A stretch of DNA of 64,000 nucleotides, from contig NC_045696.1 of the NCBI RefSeq assembly GCF_009834535.1, positions 69,690,001-69,754,000 of the forward strand. The letters run 5' to 3'. The notes under the pieces were generated by a model. The model had not been told where the DNA came from and ran no database searches. It was given only the letters and a program-made list of their open reading frames with translations. Numbering within the stretch: the first letter of the stretch is position 1; every line of letters starts with the position of its first letter. Source of the DNA: Camelus ferus (Eukaryota). Shown one piece after another: positions 1 through 12,739 of the stretch. Position numbers and translations under genes: made by a program.

Positions 1-640
1 CTGTTGCAGTAATCGAGGTGAGGGGAGATGGTGGTCTGGACCAGAGCACAAGGAAGTCATAATCTCTATTCAGAGAAAGAAAGGAGTCAATTATGACTTC
101 CAGGTTTTGGGCCCGAACACAAAGAAGCATGAGGTTGCCGTTTACTGAGATAGAAAAGCCTGAGGAGGAAAAATGGAGGGTGGGAGTAGGGGAGAAGAGG
201 CATTCTGTTTTGGCCATATTAAGTTTGAGATTCCTATTAGAAATACAAGTGGGAAAGTCGATTTGCATATCCAAGTCTGGAGTTTAGGGGAGAGATCCAG
301 GCTGGAGGGAGAAATTAGGAGTCATCAGTGTGTAAGAGAGTATTTAAAGCTGAGACTGGATGAGATCACAAAGGAAATAAATTGAGATAGAAAAAAAAGG
401 TTCCCAGGACTAAGCCCTGAGGCACTTCAAAGTTAAGAGGTTGGGGAGATGAAGAACCACCAGAGGAGATTGCAAAAGAGCAGCTGGTGAAGTAGGCATA
501 ACCAGGAGGGTATTTCTAGGAGACAGGAGATCATGGTTGGCAGATGCTTCTGATGTGTGAAGTAGGGTAAGGACAGGGACTGAGTTAGCAACACGGAGGT
601 CATGGGTTACTTGCACAAGCCATTTCCATGGAGTGAGAGA
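1..640 (-). mobile_element. L2 LINE fragment
   Basis: Antisense L2 hallmarks: ggagtcaattatgacttccaggtttt, gccgtttactgagat, ttttggccatattaagtttgagat. Confidence 0.8.
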
Positions 641-1399
641 GATAATAGATATAACTGGTCAATACTACTGGAATCCAAAGGAGGTTTGAGTTTGCACTCA
701 GTTAGGGGCAGGGATCAAAGAAGGCTCCATGGATTCCAAAATCCTGGGTTTGAGTTCAGCCCAGCCTTTCTCACTAAACCTTTCCATTCTCAGACTCTCA
801 AAATCTGAAAGAGGCTTAGGAATCCCAATCAGGTATCCTGCCCAGAAGGTATGGGGGTAAGCCACTTGAGGATAAAAGAGGAGAGATGAGGATGCTGTTA
901 CCAACACCTTTCCCATCCCTATGGGACTCTATTCTTGTTTTGTGCTCTTAAATTTCTCTTTTTGAAATGTTAAGTGTTTTTAAATAGCTTTTTTTTCATA
1001 TTACACAATTAGCATATGTTCTTTGTAGAAAAACAGAAAAAGCCATAGCCCAAATTTAAAACTACTCTGAAAACTCAACGTGGAGATCACAGTTAACACT
1101 TTACTGTACCTCTTTTCAAATGGCTTTTCTCTATACTGTTATTTATATGGAAAAAATGTGGTTATATTATGTATTGTACATATTTTTCTAATTTGTTTTT
1201 TAACAATTTATTTTGAACATCTTTCCATATCACAAAATATGCTCCTACAATACCCTACTGCATGTTATATCAAAGTACATATATAAATATAACATATTTA
1301 AGGAGTCTTTTGCTGGAGACTAAGGCACCACAAATATGTAGCCAGAGCCAAGCCAAGTGAGCTTCATCCCCCAGAATCAAATAAGCAAAAAATAATAAT

Positions 1400-2614
1400 T
1401 TGGCCTCTTCCTAGTATTCCCAATTAGCAGCCAATGCCTATAAATTTTATCTTGTAAATTTCTCAAATCCATCTCTATCATCACTACCATAACCAGTTAC
1501 CATCATCTCTCACTGGGACTGTTGCCATCACCACTTAACAGGTCTTAATATGCTCTTACCCACTCCCACCCCTTCTCCTTATTGTAGTCAGAGCGATTTT
1601 TTTTCTCAAGCACAAGTCATTCCTCTTCTTGAGGTTTTTCAGTGATACCTACTGGAATACCTAAAATTTAAGACTAATAACATCAAATGTTGGCAAGGTG
1701 GGAGGATAAAATGGTAAAGCAGTTTACACCATTGGAAAACTGTTTTGCAATTTCTTATCAAAGTAAACAGACATCTAACTCTGTGATCCAGCAATTTCAA
1801 TCTTCTGTATTTACCCAAGAGAGAGATCAATGTGTTCACAAAAAGACCTCTGCAAGAACATTTATATAAGATTCACTCACAATAGCCACCAATACAACCC
1901 AAATGTCCATGCACAGGAGAGCAGATAAACAAGTTGTAGTATCCACACAACAGAATACTACTCAATAAAAAAATTTAAAAATAATGAACTATGGTGATGG
2001 AGATCAGAAAGTGATAGCAAGGGATGGGTTTATTTTTTTGTTAATTATTCCTCAAAAAAATATGTATAGTCATTTCTCGAGTTAAAACAAAAACCCTCAA
2101 CTCAGCCTTATGAGATGAACCTTGCCTGTCTCTTCAGCTTCATCCTGCACCATTCTCTGCCTTCTTTAACATGTTCCAGCTCCCCTGGCCTTCTTTTGGG
2201 GTCTCAACTGTACATTGCTCCCTCTTGCTCCAGCCTTGATACAAACTGTTTCCTTGACCTCAAATGTTACACTGCATCCTAGCCCATTCCTAACCTCCAA
2301 CCAGCTCAACCTCCACACATACTTTAACCTCAATTCTGAGATCTTCCCAGGGGAAGACAATCAACTGATTTTGCAAATAAGGGAATAATTTTAATTTTCT
2401 GGCCTTCCTAGATATGTTCTTGTCTTCCATCATATACTTTTTCACATTATCTTTTCTTCATAGCACTTCTCACAAGTCTTAATTATTCACTTATTTGAAA
2501 GATTAGTTGACTGTCTTCCCCAATAGTGGAGAAGGACCCCATAAAGGCAGGACCACATCTGTTTTGCTCACTGGTTTCTCTCCAACACAAAGTAAGTGAT
2601 TAAGAAATATCTAT
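1400..2614 (+). mobile_element. L2 fragment interrupted by an L1M 3' fragment (about 1640-2070)
   Basis: L2-like accatcatctctcactgggac and 3' end motifs. L1 motifs: tgatccagcaatttc, acaacccaaatgtcca, agaatactactca. Confidence 0.7.
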
Positions 2615-2778
2615 GGGGAAGGAGACAGGTATAGCTCAGAGGCAGAGCATGTGCTTAGCATGCATGAGGTCCTGGCTTCAATCCTCAATGCCTCTAAATA
2701 AGTAAATAAATAAATAAATAAATAAATAACCTAATTACCTCTCCCCTAAAAAAAATAAAATAAAATAATACAAAAAAG
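2615..2778 (+). mobile_element. tRNA-derived SINE (camelid Vic-1-like), long form
   Basis: ggtatagctcag...gcatgcatgaggtcctggcttcaatcc, then (taaa)n, cctaattacctctcccc and an A-tail. TSD gaaatatctat at 2604-2614/2779-2789. Confidence 0.92.
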
Positions 2779-3915
2779 GAAATATCTATTGAAAAAACAA
2801 ATACAGTAATGTACATGTTTATTCATTTATGATTTTCAGGATAAATTCCAAGATGAGGGATTGTTTGGGCAAAAGGTAGGCACATTTTGAGGTTATTTAT
2901 ATGAACTGCAAAAGGCCCACCAAAAAGACAGTATTAATTTGTACCTGTACTAGTAGGAGACCACTTGGTTCTTACAACCTTTGTCTACACAGGGCATTAT
3001 TTATATGTACACACCTGTTTGCCATTCCTTTGCTTCTTTATTTATTCAAATGTTATTTATTGAGCATCTGTTGTGTACCATGTACCAAGCTAGATGAATT
3101 CAATCAGTACCTTTCACATTTTTTTGCTTACATACCACTCTAAAAGAATTTTGAAAAACTGAGATACCCTTTAGTAGTATGTTAAGTTGACATTTAATAT
3201 TTTCCATCATATTATTAAAAGTTGAAAAGGATGTAATTTACAATATATTATAAATTCTGACATTTTAAAGTATAACAATGGGTTCTATATGCACTAAAAA
3301 CTTAATTACTATCATCACTAAATTATCATCATTAATTATTACCAAGATACACAATCTCTTCCTTAACAGAATTTTATGTCATTCTTTTTTATCCTTGAAT
3401 CCATATTTCCATGAATGCCCATGAAAGAATTTTATCTCAGTATATTTTTATGCTTGGAAGTCTTTACCCTGGTTTTTAATCTTACTTTATCATATTTAGT
3501 TACAAAAAATTATTTTAAATTATTTCCTTTGATGATAAGGCTTTGTAAGTCAAAAATTATTCTGTGTTGAGTGATTATTATAATTATTAGTTCATAATTG
3601 ATCAAAACAACATAATATATAGCCAAATGTGATACATAATTATGAAACATAAAAAGTAAAAATTTGTCAGAAATCAATCTCTCAATGATCTCATTAGGAT
3701 AGGAGTGTTACTGTTCTTTCCATTTGTTCACTGCAAGAATGAGATAGGATTTAGCACCAGTTCTATTTCTAATTTTCAATTTTTAGTAAGTGCTAAGAAA
3801 TATCATACAACAAAGAATGCTAGATATCCACCTCATTTTTCTTCTTTTCCTTGGTCATAAGATACTAGCCAGATATGCGCCTGGACTACATTCCCCAGCA
3901 TCCCTTGTAGAGGGC

Positions 3916-5220
3916 GGTGCCAGTTTTCAATATATTGCCTCTTAGCTCAAATTACCCTTTTTGTTTGCTCTGTGAAATGGATCTGGGCCCTTTAAACATT
4001 TTCCCTCGCTTTTTGGCACTGAAGCTTTGTCAATAGAGGGTGCTGGCGTAACATTAAAGGAGAAGACAGTTTTACTTCCTAACCCCTGTGTACAGGCTCC
4101 TGACGTGATCAGTTTGTCGTGTCCAGCTACTTCAGGGCACAGCAGCCAGCTTCCAGCAGCTTTTTCTGGCACTGCTTATCTTGGGTGATTTTGTAGCAGA
4201 GCACCTCTGACTCCCTGTGCCTGTGAGGACTCCTGTGGTGCACAGTAGCCAGCAACACCCAGCACCCAGCAGCTCCCCTTGGCATCATATCCCCCCAGGC
4301 AGTTTTGTAGCAAAGTGCCTTGAGCAGCTTTCTCTGGCACCCAGGAGGGTGGATTTTCAGCAAGTACCATCAATCAGGCGTTCCTCTGCCTTTCAGTGAG
4401 CCATGACCATGCCTTCTGCTACAGTTTTACATTGTCCAAACCTGGCACATTCCAAAAAAAGTTTGGCCTTTGCCTAGCTCCTGGGAAATAACCTCTAAGC
4501 CCTTGGAATATTCTGCTTGAGAAGGGTGTCTTTGTTTACCCAGGACCTTGGGCCATGCCAATCGTTCGGGCTATCAATGTGATTTATGGGGCAGGGGGGC
4601 AGGGAAAGAGGCCTTGGACCACACAGTATCAGTTGACCTCTGGAGAGGCTAGAGACTGAGTATCTAAGGTCAGCCAAGTGGGCAGTAAGCCCTGGACATC
4701 AAGGCTCAGGTGAGCTTCCCTCTTTGGCAGTACTTCATGAAGGTTTTCATGATCATTGCTGGGAGAATGAAGTGCTGTCCATGCGACTCCACTGGGAGAG
4801 GACAAGTGGGAGCTTGTGCGTGGTCTCCCCTGGACTCTGCCCTTGTGCCTTTTTTCCTTGCTGATTTTAATGTACATCCTTTCACTCTCATAAATCACAA
4901 CCCGGAGTATAATAGCTTTTCTGAGTTCCTGGAGTCCTTCTCACAAATCACTGAACCTGAGTGTGATTTCAGGGGCCCTCCAACACATCTCTCCAACGAG
5001 GGTGACTCTCAGCCCTGAGGGTGGAGAAGTAGGAACCCTTCCTTGGCACTCTATCTCAGCCCAATGAGTGGTATCTGCTCTTTATCTGCTATTTCTTTAC
5101 TTCTGAACTGCCAATCTCTTGTTATCCCAATCTTCTGTTACAGTTAATAATCCTTCGTATTTAAACTCTTCCTATTCAAATTACTTTGTGGTTTCTCTCT
5201 TGACTGGACCCGGATAGATA
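3916..5220 (+). mobile_element. ERVL LTR (LTR40/LTR41-like), two pieces: about 3916-4416 and 4988-5220
   Basis: Starts gtgccagttttcaatatattgcctcttagctc, and contains a degenerate CTCF-type gtcaatagagggtgctgg. Ends attaaactcttcc...gactggaccc. Confidence 0.65.
4417..4987 (+). mobile_element. MER21C-like LTR
   Basis: tg...ca ends. Contains ctcctgggaaataacctctaagcccttggaat, aaggctcaggtgagcttccc and gactccactgggagaggac. Confidence 0.8.
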
Positions 5221-5851
5221 GAGCGGTCATGTTACTTAGTTCTCTCTCAGGGGAATAAAGTGCGCTATTTCTGGGCGAGGGCTATTAGAAAAACATGTGT
5301 ACCTCCTCCCTGCATGCACTCTTCCAGCTGCATGTAGATGATGACAAGATCCTGGAGGATGGTGGAGGCAAAAGATGGAAGAAGCCTGGCTTTCTGACTC
5401 ACCACATGCAGGAGAACACCTGCCAATTAAGAAATAGCTTTGATGATGGATGTTTGAATCATGTTTAAGTCTATTTATAATAGCAGTTTAACCTACCCTA
5501 ACTAATATACCTTGTTCACCTAAACAAGTTCTTAAGAACGGAAGGAGTTGTGTGTATGTGTTTTTAAATAGAAATGCCATTCCATTCTTGGAAGTACTTC
5601 CAAGTTACACACCAAAATTCACATACTGATCTTTCATCAGAAATTATTTTAAATGATCTATCAATTAACAATTCTGAAAAAAAAAACAATTCTGCTAGGT
5701 CCTCCTTCAATTGTTGAAAATAAAAGATTGGAAACAATTTAACTTACAAAAGTAGAAGTTATCAGTCACTAGAATCTAATCATGTTCTCAGTTTCTGATA
5801 AGTATACCAAAAAGTCTTTTGCCAAGACTTAGGTACCAAATGCCTCTACAC

Positions 5852-6040
5852 CAGTGGTTCTCAAGTGTGGATTTCAGACAAGTTGCATTAGCATCATCTG
5901 GAAACTTGTTAGAAATGCAGAGTTTCAGGCCCCACCCCTGACCTACTGAATCAGAAACTTTGGGGGTGAGATCAATAATCTGTGTTTTACCAACGAGCCC
6001 TCTGGGTGCTTCTGATGCATGCTCGAATTTGAGAATCACT
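5852..6040 (+). mobile_element. MER5A (hAT MITE)
   Basis: cagtggttctcaagtgtgg...acttgttagaaatgcaga...acctactgaatcagaaac...tttgagaatcact. Confidence 0.85.
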
Positions 6041-6147
6041 CCTGCTTATTATGTCTGTTAAGTCTTTAACCTGGACTTATAGTTAATCTGATGGTTTCCA
6101 AAGGGGTTCAAATATAGAAATATTAGTTTCATCACATCTTTACCATT

Positions 6148-6630
6148 TGTATTAATTGTCTGTTAGTGTTCAACAATATTACCACAAACCTAGTGGCTTA
6201 AAACAACACACACTTATTTTCTCCCAATTTCTGTGGGTCAGGCATCCCAGCATAACTTAACTGGGTCCTCTACTTCAGGGTCTCACATGGTTGCCATTAA
6301 GGTGTCAGCTGGGACAGCAGGCTCATCTGAGGCACAACGAGGACAGGATTGACCTCTAAATCCACGTGGTTGTTGGCAGCATTCAGTTGTTTGCTGTCTG
6401 CCAGCTAGAGGCCACCCTCAGCTCCTTGCTATGTGGGTCTTCCCAAAATGGTCACTTGCTTCAAGGCCAGCAAGGGAAGAGTCTCTCCTGACAAAACTGG
6501 TGCTACAATCACATGTAACATAATCACACACATCCCATCAGCTTTGCAAGTCCCAGGTCCCGTACACACAGGCAGGAATCCCAGGAAGCAGGGATCATCA
6601 GGGCCACTTCAGACTCTTTCTGCCATATCA
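6148..6630 (-). mobile_element. MLT1D/E-like MaLR LTR
   Basis: taccacaaacctagtggcttaaaacaac...ttctgtgggtcagg...ttcaaggccagcaa. Confidence 0.75.
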
Positions 6631-7599
6631 CTCAATATTTTTTTGTTTAAATGCTTTTGTTTCATTGCGTGCTTTAACTCTACTTTTTCAAAACTGCAGA
6701 GGTTCCATTTAGATCATTCAATACTAAATATTCTGAAAAATATTTACTAGAACATCTTTGGCATAGCTGGGCTTCATGGTCCAACCAATCAGCCAAACCT
6801 GACTACATACTACTTTCTGTAAGAAACAGTCTACTGTCATTTTTCAATTCAAATAAATGTGTTAGCACCAATTTTAAGAAAAAATATGAAAAGCTGGAAT
6901 AATATGTTTTGTAGCACATAATTAAGAAAGATTACTAAAAGCAGTCACGCCAAGAGCAAACTGATGCACAGCTAATATAATTAATCAAATCTGAGTTATC
7001 AAAACAAGATGGTAATGGTAGTATTCATTATCTTCTAATTATCCAGTCTGATACGTGGCTAAAGTTATCAATTATTATTAATGTGATGAGTATTACTGAA
7101 AGCAAGGTACTCCTTCAGTAAATGTGAGTTCATGTGAATATTAAACTCTAGTGGGCAGCTTTTGGGGATAATGCAATAAAATAATGCATTAAAAAGCCAA
7201 AATAGCTCCATTTATTTAATTAGACATTATGATTAAATTTCACATGTATTTAATTAAAAAGAAAGGTATATATATTGCTAAAACTAATTGGCCTGGCAGC
7301 TAGCATATAATTTTATTTTTTTTTTGTTAATAGGAGCTGGAAAATCTTATTATAAGCTGAAATAAGATGAGTATTGACTTTAATTGTAATGCACATTTCA
7401 CAATATGATTTGACAAAGTAGGCTTTAACTATTTAATTGAATGATGCACACCAAATTTGAAAGCATGTGAGATTTTTATATAGCATATATTTTGTATGCT
7501 TGTATGAAAGATATTTTATTTCATTTGCAACTTCGTTTTTTATTTCAAGTCTATGAACCATTTTATTTAAATTCATCTATCCTCCTACCTATTTATGTA

Positions 7600-8000
7600 C
7601 TTTTCAATGAAAAGTGTATGTCATGCAAGTTCTTAAGTGGAAGGATGTTCTCTGAGTCTGGTAGAAGTTCTCACAAGCTGAATTTGCTGGATGTTTTCTC
7701 GTGATTGCATTCAAGTTAAACATTTTTGGCAGGACTGCTACTTACGTTATTGTACGCTTCCTATCACATCACCTCAAGGGCCCATGATATAAATTTGCCC
7801 TGATGTAACTGATGCTGAGTTTGGTCACTTGGTTAACATAGAGATGCCAATTCTTTTGACAATAAAAGTACTTTTTCCCCACTTGTAATTAATAAGTAGC
7901 TTGTTCCCCAACTAAATTTCATATGATGGTTTTATCATCCTCTGAAGATCTTGCCTGAGTAAATAAATACACACATTGGTCTTTTCCCAAGGTTGATTTT
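7600..8000 (-). mobile_element. Old L1M 3' UTR fragment
   Basis: gattgcattcaagttaaacatttttggcagga and tttggtcacttggttaa. Confidence 0.65.
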
Positions 8001-8166
8001 CTGGTATGTCTTGAAAGGTAAGTAGATCCAGAAAACTTTGCAGATACATTTTTTAAAATTAGCATCCTTAACTGCATTGCTTCAATTGTTAACAGCAGCT
8101 TCTCCTTCCAATTGGTGACAGCTCCTAGGAATGAGTGTTGAGGATAATTGAAAAGAATTCCCTCTC

Positions 8167-8480
8167 TCTTAGGTCAGGTCCCCCAGAAACAGCCTGAGAC
8201 TGGGACTCTGTTCAAGTGGTTTATTGGGAAGTGTTCTCAGGAGAGGAGGAGTAAAGGCAGTCGAAAAGGGCCAAGGGGAAAGCTAAGCAAGAATGTTCTA
8301 GAACACAGTTATTCCCACTTTGAGAAAAGAAGATTGGCCTTTTTTATCCCAAGCCAGTCAGTTATTGGCAGAGTCTGTGGTGGCTGGGGGCATGGCCTCC
8401 CCGGTAGGAGGGCTCCAGTTTGGCCAAGAGCAATTCTCTGAAGAAGGGGGCAGCTAAGAACCATTACCAGCTACATTCAA
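8167..8480. mobile_element. LTR33-like ERVL LTR
   Basis: tcttaggtcaggtcccccagaaacagcctgaga...tttattgggaagtgttctcagg...gggcagct. Confidence 0.6.
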
Positions 8481-8659
8481 ATTCAAAATATTTGTAAACG
8501 TTGAGCTAACTAAACAAAAGTTATCTAAAAACTGTTTCCCTCTAATTTATGACCCTTAGAACAGATAAATAAGTTAATGGAACAGATTAAAAGGATACGC
8601 TCATACAGAATTTTACAGATGACAAGAACATTATTTCAAGTCAATGGATTTTTTTTTTC

Positions 8660-9255
8660 ACTTAGGGGTCTTTTGCTAGCAAGTGAAAAACCCAAATTTT
8701 ATACACACACACACATATATACAGACACACACACATATACATGTATATATTTATTTACTTATTTATATTTATATATTTATATATAGGCTCACATCACTGA
8801 AAAGTCCCTGGGTCCCAGGGTAAGACATAGTTGGATCCAGAGGCTCAGATAATTTCACCAGTACCTAGTCTCTTTCCATCACACAAGACTCTTCTTTTCA
8901 TTGTGTTAGTTTCATTCTTGGGCTACACATGGTGGTAGTCCCTGGGAGCCCAGGCTTACACTTTTACAGCTTCAAGTCCAACAGAAAAAGACTATCTCTT
9001 CTGAAATGAGAACAGTAAGTCTTGATTCTGGATTGTCTTGGCTTGAGTCATGCCCCAGCCCTGAACCAATGACTGTGGCCAGGGAGATGATACCAAGGTG
9101 GATTTACATATCCAATCCTGGAGCAAGAGCTAGTGTCAGTTCCAAACAAACCATATGGACCGGGAGGTGGTTCCCCAAGGGAAATAGAAGGGCTTTTATT
9201 AAAGAAGAGGCAAAGGATTCTGGACAGGAGGCAAAAACAACAGATGTTTCCCATA
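8660..9255 (-). mobile_element. MLT1K-like MaLR LTR with an (AC/AT)n tract
   Basis: gcaagtgaaaaaccc, ggctcacatcactgaaaagtcc and ccctgaaccaatgactgtggccagg. Confidence 0.7.
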
Positions 9256-10523
9256 ACTGCTTATTCAATAAAGATGTTTAGACATCTGATAAGCCATCTA
9301 AAAACACCAAGGTTGGGGAGTGGGGAGTAAAGCTAAGCACCTATTTACTCTTTACATCAGAATAAATTCCAGGTGATTTAAAAAATGTTATGTAAAAAAC
9401 AAAACCGCAAATGTACTGGAAGAGAGCATGACTAAATAATTTTAAAAGCTGGGAGTCCTATTTAAGCATGACATGGAACACAGAAACCATAAAGGATAAT
9501 ATTGATAAAATTTGACCACATAAAGCCTTAAAAGTTTTGTACATCTAAAATACCTTACTGAATGAGATAAGAAAGATCCACAATGAAGATATAATAGTTA
9601 TGAAAATCTATATACAAAGTAATATAACAACAACCATTATATACCATAAATTATAAAAGATACCAGAAGAAATAGACACAAACACATTTGGAGACTTTAA
9701 TTTACCTCTCTCAGTCCATGACAGGTCAAGTAGATAAATAATGATAGATAAGACTAATATATAAGTAAGGACATCTGCTAGATTAAATTTCAACTCTGTT
9801 CTCTGAAAAAAAAGAATACTTTCCCTCTCCTCCCAAGGGCCTGTGAAACATTCATAAAACTCGACTAAGTATTAAGCTATAAGAAATTATTCTCAGATCA
9901 GTGTGCAATAAAACCAGTAACAATAAGAAAATCAGAAAATAAAAAGTTACCTTCAGGGAAAAAAAATTAAAATTCTGTCTTAAACATTTCTTGGACCTAA
10001 AAGAGAATAACAACTAAAGGTATAATCTATCTAGAAACAGTAATAATGAAAACAACATATCAGAACCTAGAGTTAAAACAGGGTGCAGAGGAAATTCCAT
10101 ATCTTTATTTGTAGTGATAAAGGAGATGGAAGAGAAACAAATTAATTTAAGCATCTGACTCCAAAATTATAAAAAGAACAACAAGATAAATAATAGAAAA
10201 GTAGAAAAAAATGAATAAGTCAATGTGTTAGAAAACTGAAAATAGTAGAAATAAATCAAGGTGAAACAAATTAAGAGAAAAAATAATAACATAGCTTAAA
10301 ATTTAATCAATTTCATTAAGAGAGAAAAAGGGTACAATAGATAGAATAATGACCTCCTAAAGATGTCCACACTCTAATCATGGCAAAAGGGACTTTTTGC
10401 AGATGTGATTAAGGCAGAGGACCTTGAGATGGGGAGAGTATCCTGGATAATCCAGGTGAATTCAAAAAAAAAAAAAAAGCTAATACAATGAGGAAGTCCA
10501 ACTTCAAAAATAAGAAATGACAA

Positions 10524-10644
10524 GGGAGAGGGTTTAGCTCAGAGGTAGAGTATGTGCCTAGCATGCACAAGATCCTGGGTTCAATCCCTGGTACCTCCAC
10601 CAAAAGTAATAAATAGATAAACTTAATTACTGTCCCCACCAAAA
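10524..10644 (+). mobile_element. Vic-1-like SINE inserted in an L1 ORF2 fossil
   Basis: A/B box-like head. TSD aaatgacaagggaga at 10515-10529/10645-10659. Confidence 0.92.
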
Positions 10645-12053
10645 AAATGACAAGGGAGAAATAAGCCTAAAATTAGAGGAAAATTTTACATTATGAACCA
10701 AATTTGCTAATTCTATGCAGATAACTCTGAAAACCTAAATGAATAAATTTCTAGGAGAATACAACTCTCTAAAATTAACCCCAGAAAAGGCAGAAAATAT
10801 AAATAGACCAATTTCCATAAGATGAGATGAGAAGTTTATCAGAGAGCTACTCCTTCAAAAAGCAGCAGATTCACAGAATTTCATAGGGAATTTTTACCAG
10901 ACTTTTGAGAGTTGATAATGCCAATGTTGTTTAAACTGTTCCATAGCTTAGAAGAAAAAAAAAAGAAACCTTGCAAATTTTTTAAATAATAAGAATATAA
11001 TATTGATACAGCTAAATGACCAAACTGTATACATAAGACATATAAATCAATCTAATTTATTAATATGGATATAAAAATCATAAATGAAATACTAACAAAT
11101 AGACCCAGCAGCATTAAAAAATAATAGTAAAGCCTATGTGAGTTTTACTCTGAGAATGCATGGATAGTTCAATACTAGCAAATCTATCAGTATAATTTAT
11201 ATTAATAGACCTAAGAGGAAAATTAATATGATCATTTCCATAGACACTGAAAAGGTATTTGACAAAAGTAAAAGAGTATGCATTTAAATCACTAATAGAT
11301 ATAGAAAGAATGAAGGAATTAGAAAATCATCATTTGGCAACCATTATGATAATGTAATTAATTCAAACTAAGAATCATCAGTGGATGCTAAAATTAGTAT
11401 GTGAAAATTTGAGGACTAACAGAGTATTTGCAAAGTCTCAGAGCATCTCCCCAAAGATACTTCCTAATTGCAAAGGAAAAAGTAGTAACTTTATAGTGGA
11501 AAAGTCTGATTAACACCACCAAGTGATGATGAACATTAATATCACTGATAATAGGACAACTCAACATCATGTGTCTCCTGATACGATGCATCACTTTCGT
11601 GGTATTCCTGCCAGAGAAGCATAACCTTATTCTAATCATGAAGAAACATCAGACAAATTTAAACCAAGGAATTTTGTACCCAAAACACAAAAAACAAAAA
11701 ACCTGACCTGTACAGTTTTTAAAATGTCAGTGCCATGAAACACAAGGAAAAAACTTAGGAACTGTTTCAGATTTAAAACAAAAAACTTCTAGAGAAACAC
11801 AGCAAATGAATGCAAAGCTTGATGCAGAACTTCCCTTTGCTATAAAGGACATTATTGGGACAGTGGGTAAATCCGAATAAGGTCTGTAGGTTAAATAATA
11901 TTATGTTAATATTAATTTCCTGATTTTGATCATTGTACTTATGTTTATAAGAAATACACAATGGAGCATTTAGTTGTAAAGGAGCATCCTATGTCCAATA
12001 CATATATGTAAGTCCAGGAAAACATGTGTATGAATAAGTCAATGTGTGATAAA

Positions 12054-12101
12054 TCTAATTTAATATAAACATATTTACATATATGTTTATATTAAATTAG
12101 A
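12054..12101. repeat. Perfect 21-bp inverted repeat with a 6-nt spacer
   Basis: tctaatttaatataaacatat-ttacat-atatgtttatattaaattaga. Confidence 0.97.
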
Positions 12102-12586
12102 GAGAAAAAGGAAATGTGGTAAAATGCAAACATTTGGGAAATCTGGGTGACGAGTATGTGGGAATTCTTTGTACTATTTTTGTAGTTTCTTAAACAGCTT
12201 TGATTGCGATGAGGAAAGAGAGGTAAGTTGGTCAAAGGTTGGGGTATTTGGGGGTTTTTGAATGAGAAACCTGAACATACTTAAATAGCAACAGGAAGAT
12301 GTGGGGAGAGGGGAGAGCGTTGAGAATGGGGGTGAGCGAGCAGGAGGGCGGGAAAGAGCAAGGATGAGAGGGAGAGAAGAGAAATACTGAGGAAATGCCT
12401 GGGACTATGAAAAACAATACATGTTCCATGCAGAATATAGTAAGGTAGATACAAACGAATACAAATCACCATCACATTAGGACTAACACAAAGGCTAGCT
12501 GACTGACAGAGAAATTTCAGGTGCAGGCAGGCGAGGGAGGGGGAAGCCAGGAGCACAGAGGCATGGACTTGCTCCTTCACTATCTT

Positions 12587-12739
12587 GTTTTTTTTTTTTT
12601 TTAAGGTTTTTCTTTTTTGGAGGGGGAGATAATTAGGCCTATTTACTTAATTATTTTTTTAATGGAGGCACAGGGGATTGAACCCTGAACCTCATGCATG
12701 CTAAGCGGGCACTTTACCACTGAGCTATATACACCCACC
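12587..12739 (-). mobile_element. Vic-1-like SINE
   Basis: Poly-T, ggagataattagg, then ggggattgaaccc...ccactgagctata. Confidence 0.9.

Larger units (their letters stand above)
3804..5509 (+). mobile_element. MLT1J-like MaLR LTR (two pieces: about 3804-3915 and 5221-5509)
   Basis: gactacattccccagcatcccttg, then aagatggaagaagcctgg, ending tagcagtttaacctaccctaactaata. Confidence 0.7.
3105..6870 (-). mobile_element. hAT-Charlie/Buster-type DNA transposon fossil with transposase remnants, split by later insertions
   Basis: Minus-strand translations: VLTHLFELKNDSRLFL...GLADWLDHEAQLCQ (6868-6758), LLPFLRTCLGEQG (5547-5509) and FLALTK/KIRNRTGAKSYLILAV (3799-3730, one frameshift). These resemble hAT dimerisation-domain motifs LLPFxxTYLCExGFS...KxRNRL. 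Confidence 0.8.
9255..12190 (+). mobile_element. Fragmented old L1M (ORF2 pieces plus L1MC-type 3' UTR), with an MLT1D fragment at about 10340-10465
   Basis: A-rich L1 ORF2 motifs (atgatcatttccatagacactgaaaaggtatttgacaaa) and 3' UTR motifs (aaaggacattattgggaca, gggaattctttgtactattttt). Confidence 0.8.

Noticed and set aside
2615..2700. tRNA genes at SINE heads (all eight copies)
   Set aside because: They are diverged and have A-tails and TSDs, so they are SINEs rather than tRNAs.
5587..5604. 18-bp palindrome cttggaagtacttccaag (also a 10-bp hairpin at 26788-26810)
   Set aside because: These are short, lie inside transposon fossils, and show no evidence of function.
6870..7480. Continuation of the transposase upstream
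   Set aside because: The sequence is AT-rich and possibly hAT-derived, but I could not read convincing motifs.
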